Shown: positions 62,811 to 64,000 of the stretch, piece after piece
How the letters are laid out: every line of letters begins with the position of its first letter
How positions within the stretch are numbered: position 1 is the first letter of the stretch
Origin: Podarcis vaucheri
Taxonomy: Eukaryota
Assembly (NCBI GenBank): GCA_965113315.1
Contig: OZ220365.1
Length of the DNA: 64,000 nt
Strand: one strand, 5' to 3'
Translations under genes and position numbers: made by a program
Notes under the pieces: model-generated
Told to the model about the DNA's origin: nothing
The model's database searches: none
Seen by the model: only the letters and a program-made list of their open reading frames with translations

Positions 62811-63274
62811 TCAATGCACGAGCAATTTTTTTCTAAAACAAATTGGGCATTTAAAGTAAAATTAGTGTAGTTTATAGCACTAGGTCTTGGTGGCCCGCCC
62901 CCTACCTGCTTGTGATTGGCCAAGCAGATAGATAGCCAATCAGGATTTTCCCCTTCACTTCTCATTTCCCTCTGTGGCCCCCTAGCCTCGTGCTGTGGTT
63001 CCCCCATTTACGCATTGTTCACTGTGATCCCCTTGGGATATCTTGGTTTATATGGAAACACTGGTTTATAGGACCACCATGCATTCACCTTTGCAACCGA
63101 CAGACCTCTGTTTGAAGGCATCCTCTGGTTGAATGGCTGATGGGCCCAAGACTGGTTTAAAAATAACTAACCATAAAAATGGAGAGAAGGGGTGTTGAAA
63201 TTACACATATTCAGAGACCTCCAGCGGTGGAGATAGATCATCACTACCACGACTAGTGGCCATGAATAGCCTTT

Positions 63275-63850
63275 TCTGCCATGTATTTGTCAAATCCTCT
63301 TTTAAAGCCAGTCATGTTGCTGGCCATAACTATTTCCTATGGGAGCAAATTCCATAGTCCATGTGCGCTGTGTGAAGTACTTTCTTTTGTCTGCCCTGAA
63401 TCTTCCACCGTTCAACTTCACTGAATGCCCCCAGGCTCTATGAGAAACGGAGAGAGAAAACGTTTCTCTATTCACTTTCCCCACCCCGTGTGATTTTAAA
63501 CGCCTCTATCGTGTCTCCGTGTACAGTGGTACCTCTGGTTGCGAACGGGATCTGTTCTGGAGGCCCGTTCGCAACCTGAAAAGAACGCAACCCGCATCTG
63601 CGCACGCGCGGATCGCGATACGCCGCTTCTGCACATGCACGTGATGTCACTTTGTGTGTCTGCGCATGCGCAAGCGGCAAAACCCAGAAGTAACCCTTTC
63701 CGGTACTTCCGGGTCACCATGGGACATGACCTGAAAATGCTCAACCTGAAGCAAACATGAGGTATGACTGTACTTGCCTTTTCCTGAAACTAAAGCACTC
63801 TAAATGTTGTAACTTTGCCCCCAAGGATCTTATCCTTAATGAAGTGCATT
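63275..63850 (-). mobile_element. Old CR1 fragment interrupted by a MITE
   Basis: GHSVKLNGGRFRADKRKYFTQR matches the CR1 ORF2 C-terminus. Confidence 0.7.
63524..63770. mobile_element. Tigger-like MITE (reverse copy of 39733-39976)
   Basis: TA|cagtggtacctc ... gaggtatgactg|TA. Confidence 0.85.
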
Positions 63851-63976
63851 TGCACTTCCTATCCCTTCACAAAGGAATGACAAAAATGATAGCTGCAGAA
63901 TTAACAGTTAAACCAAATACAGGTAAGATAAGGCCTTCCCACCAACACACTAAAAATGACAGGTAATATTCTTTAC

Positions 63977-64000
63977 CTAAGGAGGAATTTTGACAAAGCT
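63977..64000 (-). CDS. HHIPL2: HHIPL2 coding exon, 3' end only (runs off the window)
   Basis: AG CTT TGT CAA AAT TCC TCC TTA G|GTAAAG = (K)LCQNSSL(D), in phase with the next exon. Confidence 0.85.
   Translation of the reverse strand, partial: SFVKIPP

Overview
Vertebrate genomic DNA, almost certainly from a squamate and probably a lacertid lizard. The basis is the repeat content: Sauria SINEs with (ACCTTT)n tails, BovB, CR1, L2, L1, Penelope and many hAT/Tc1-mariner MITEs. Bases ~1-50,000 are repeat-rich non-coding sequence with no host gene I can recognise and a 421-nt N gap (21122-21542). An intact tRNA-Thr(TGT) gene lies at 50691-50763 in a CpG-rich patch flanked by divergent CTCF-like motifs. 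The 3' part of HHIPL2 lies on the minus strand: five complete coding exons plus the 3' end of a sixth, 53364-64000, all GT-AG and in frame. The most notable candidates are: (i) a complete 1.83-kb L1-mobilised non-autonomous retroelement with a single short ORF and no RT, nested in a solo LTR; (ii) a Penelope-derived minimal hammerhead ribozyme motif and a Penelope palindrome; (iii) a MITE carrying a hairpin-forming 109-bp tandem array; (iv) a Tc1 end resembling fish/amphibian elements; (v) a possible tDNA+CTCF chromatin boundary. I cannot demonstrate a wholly new biological system from the sequence alone. Most ORFs in the supplied track are noise or TE fragments.
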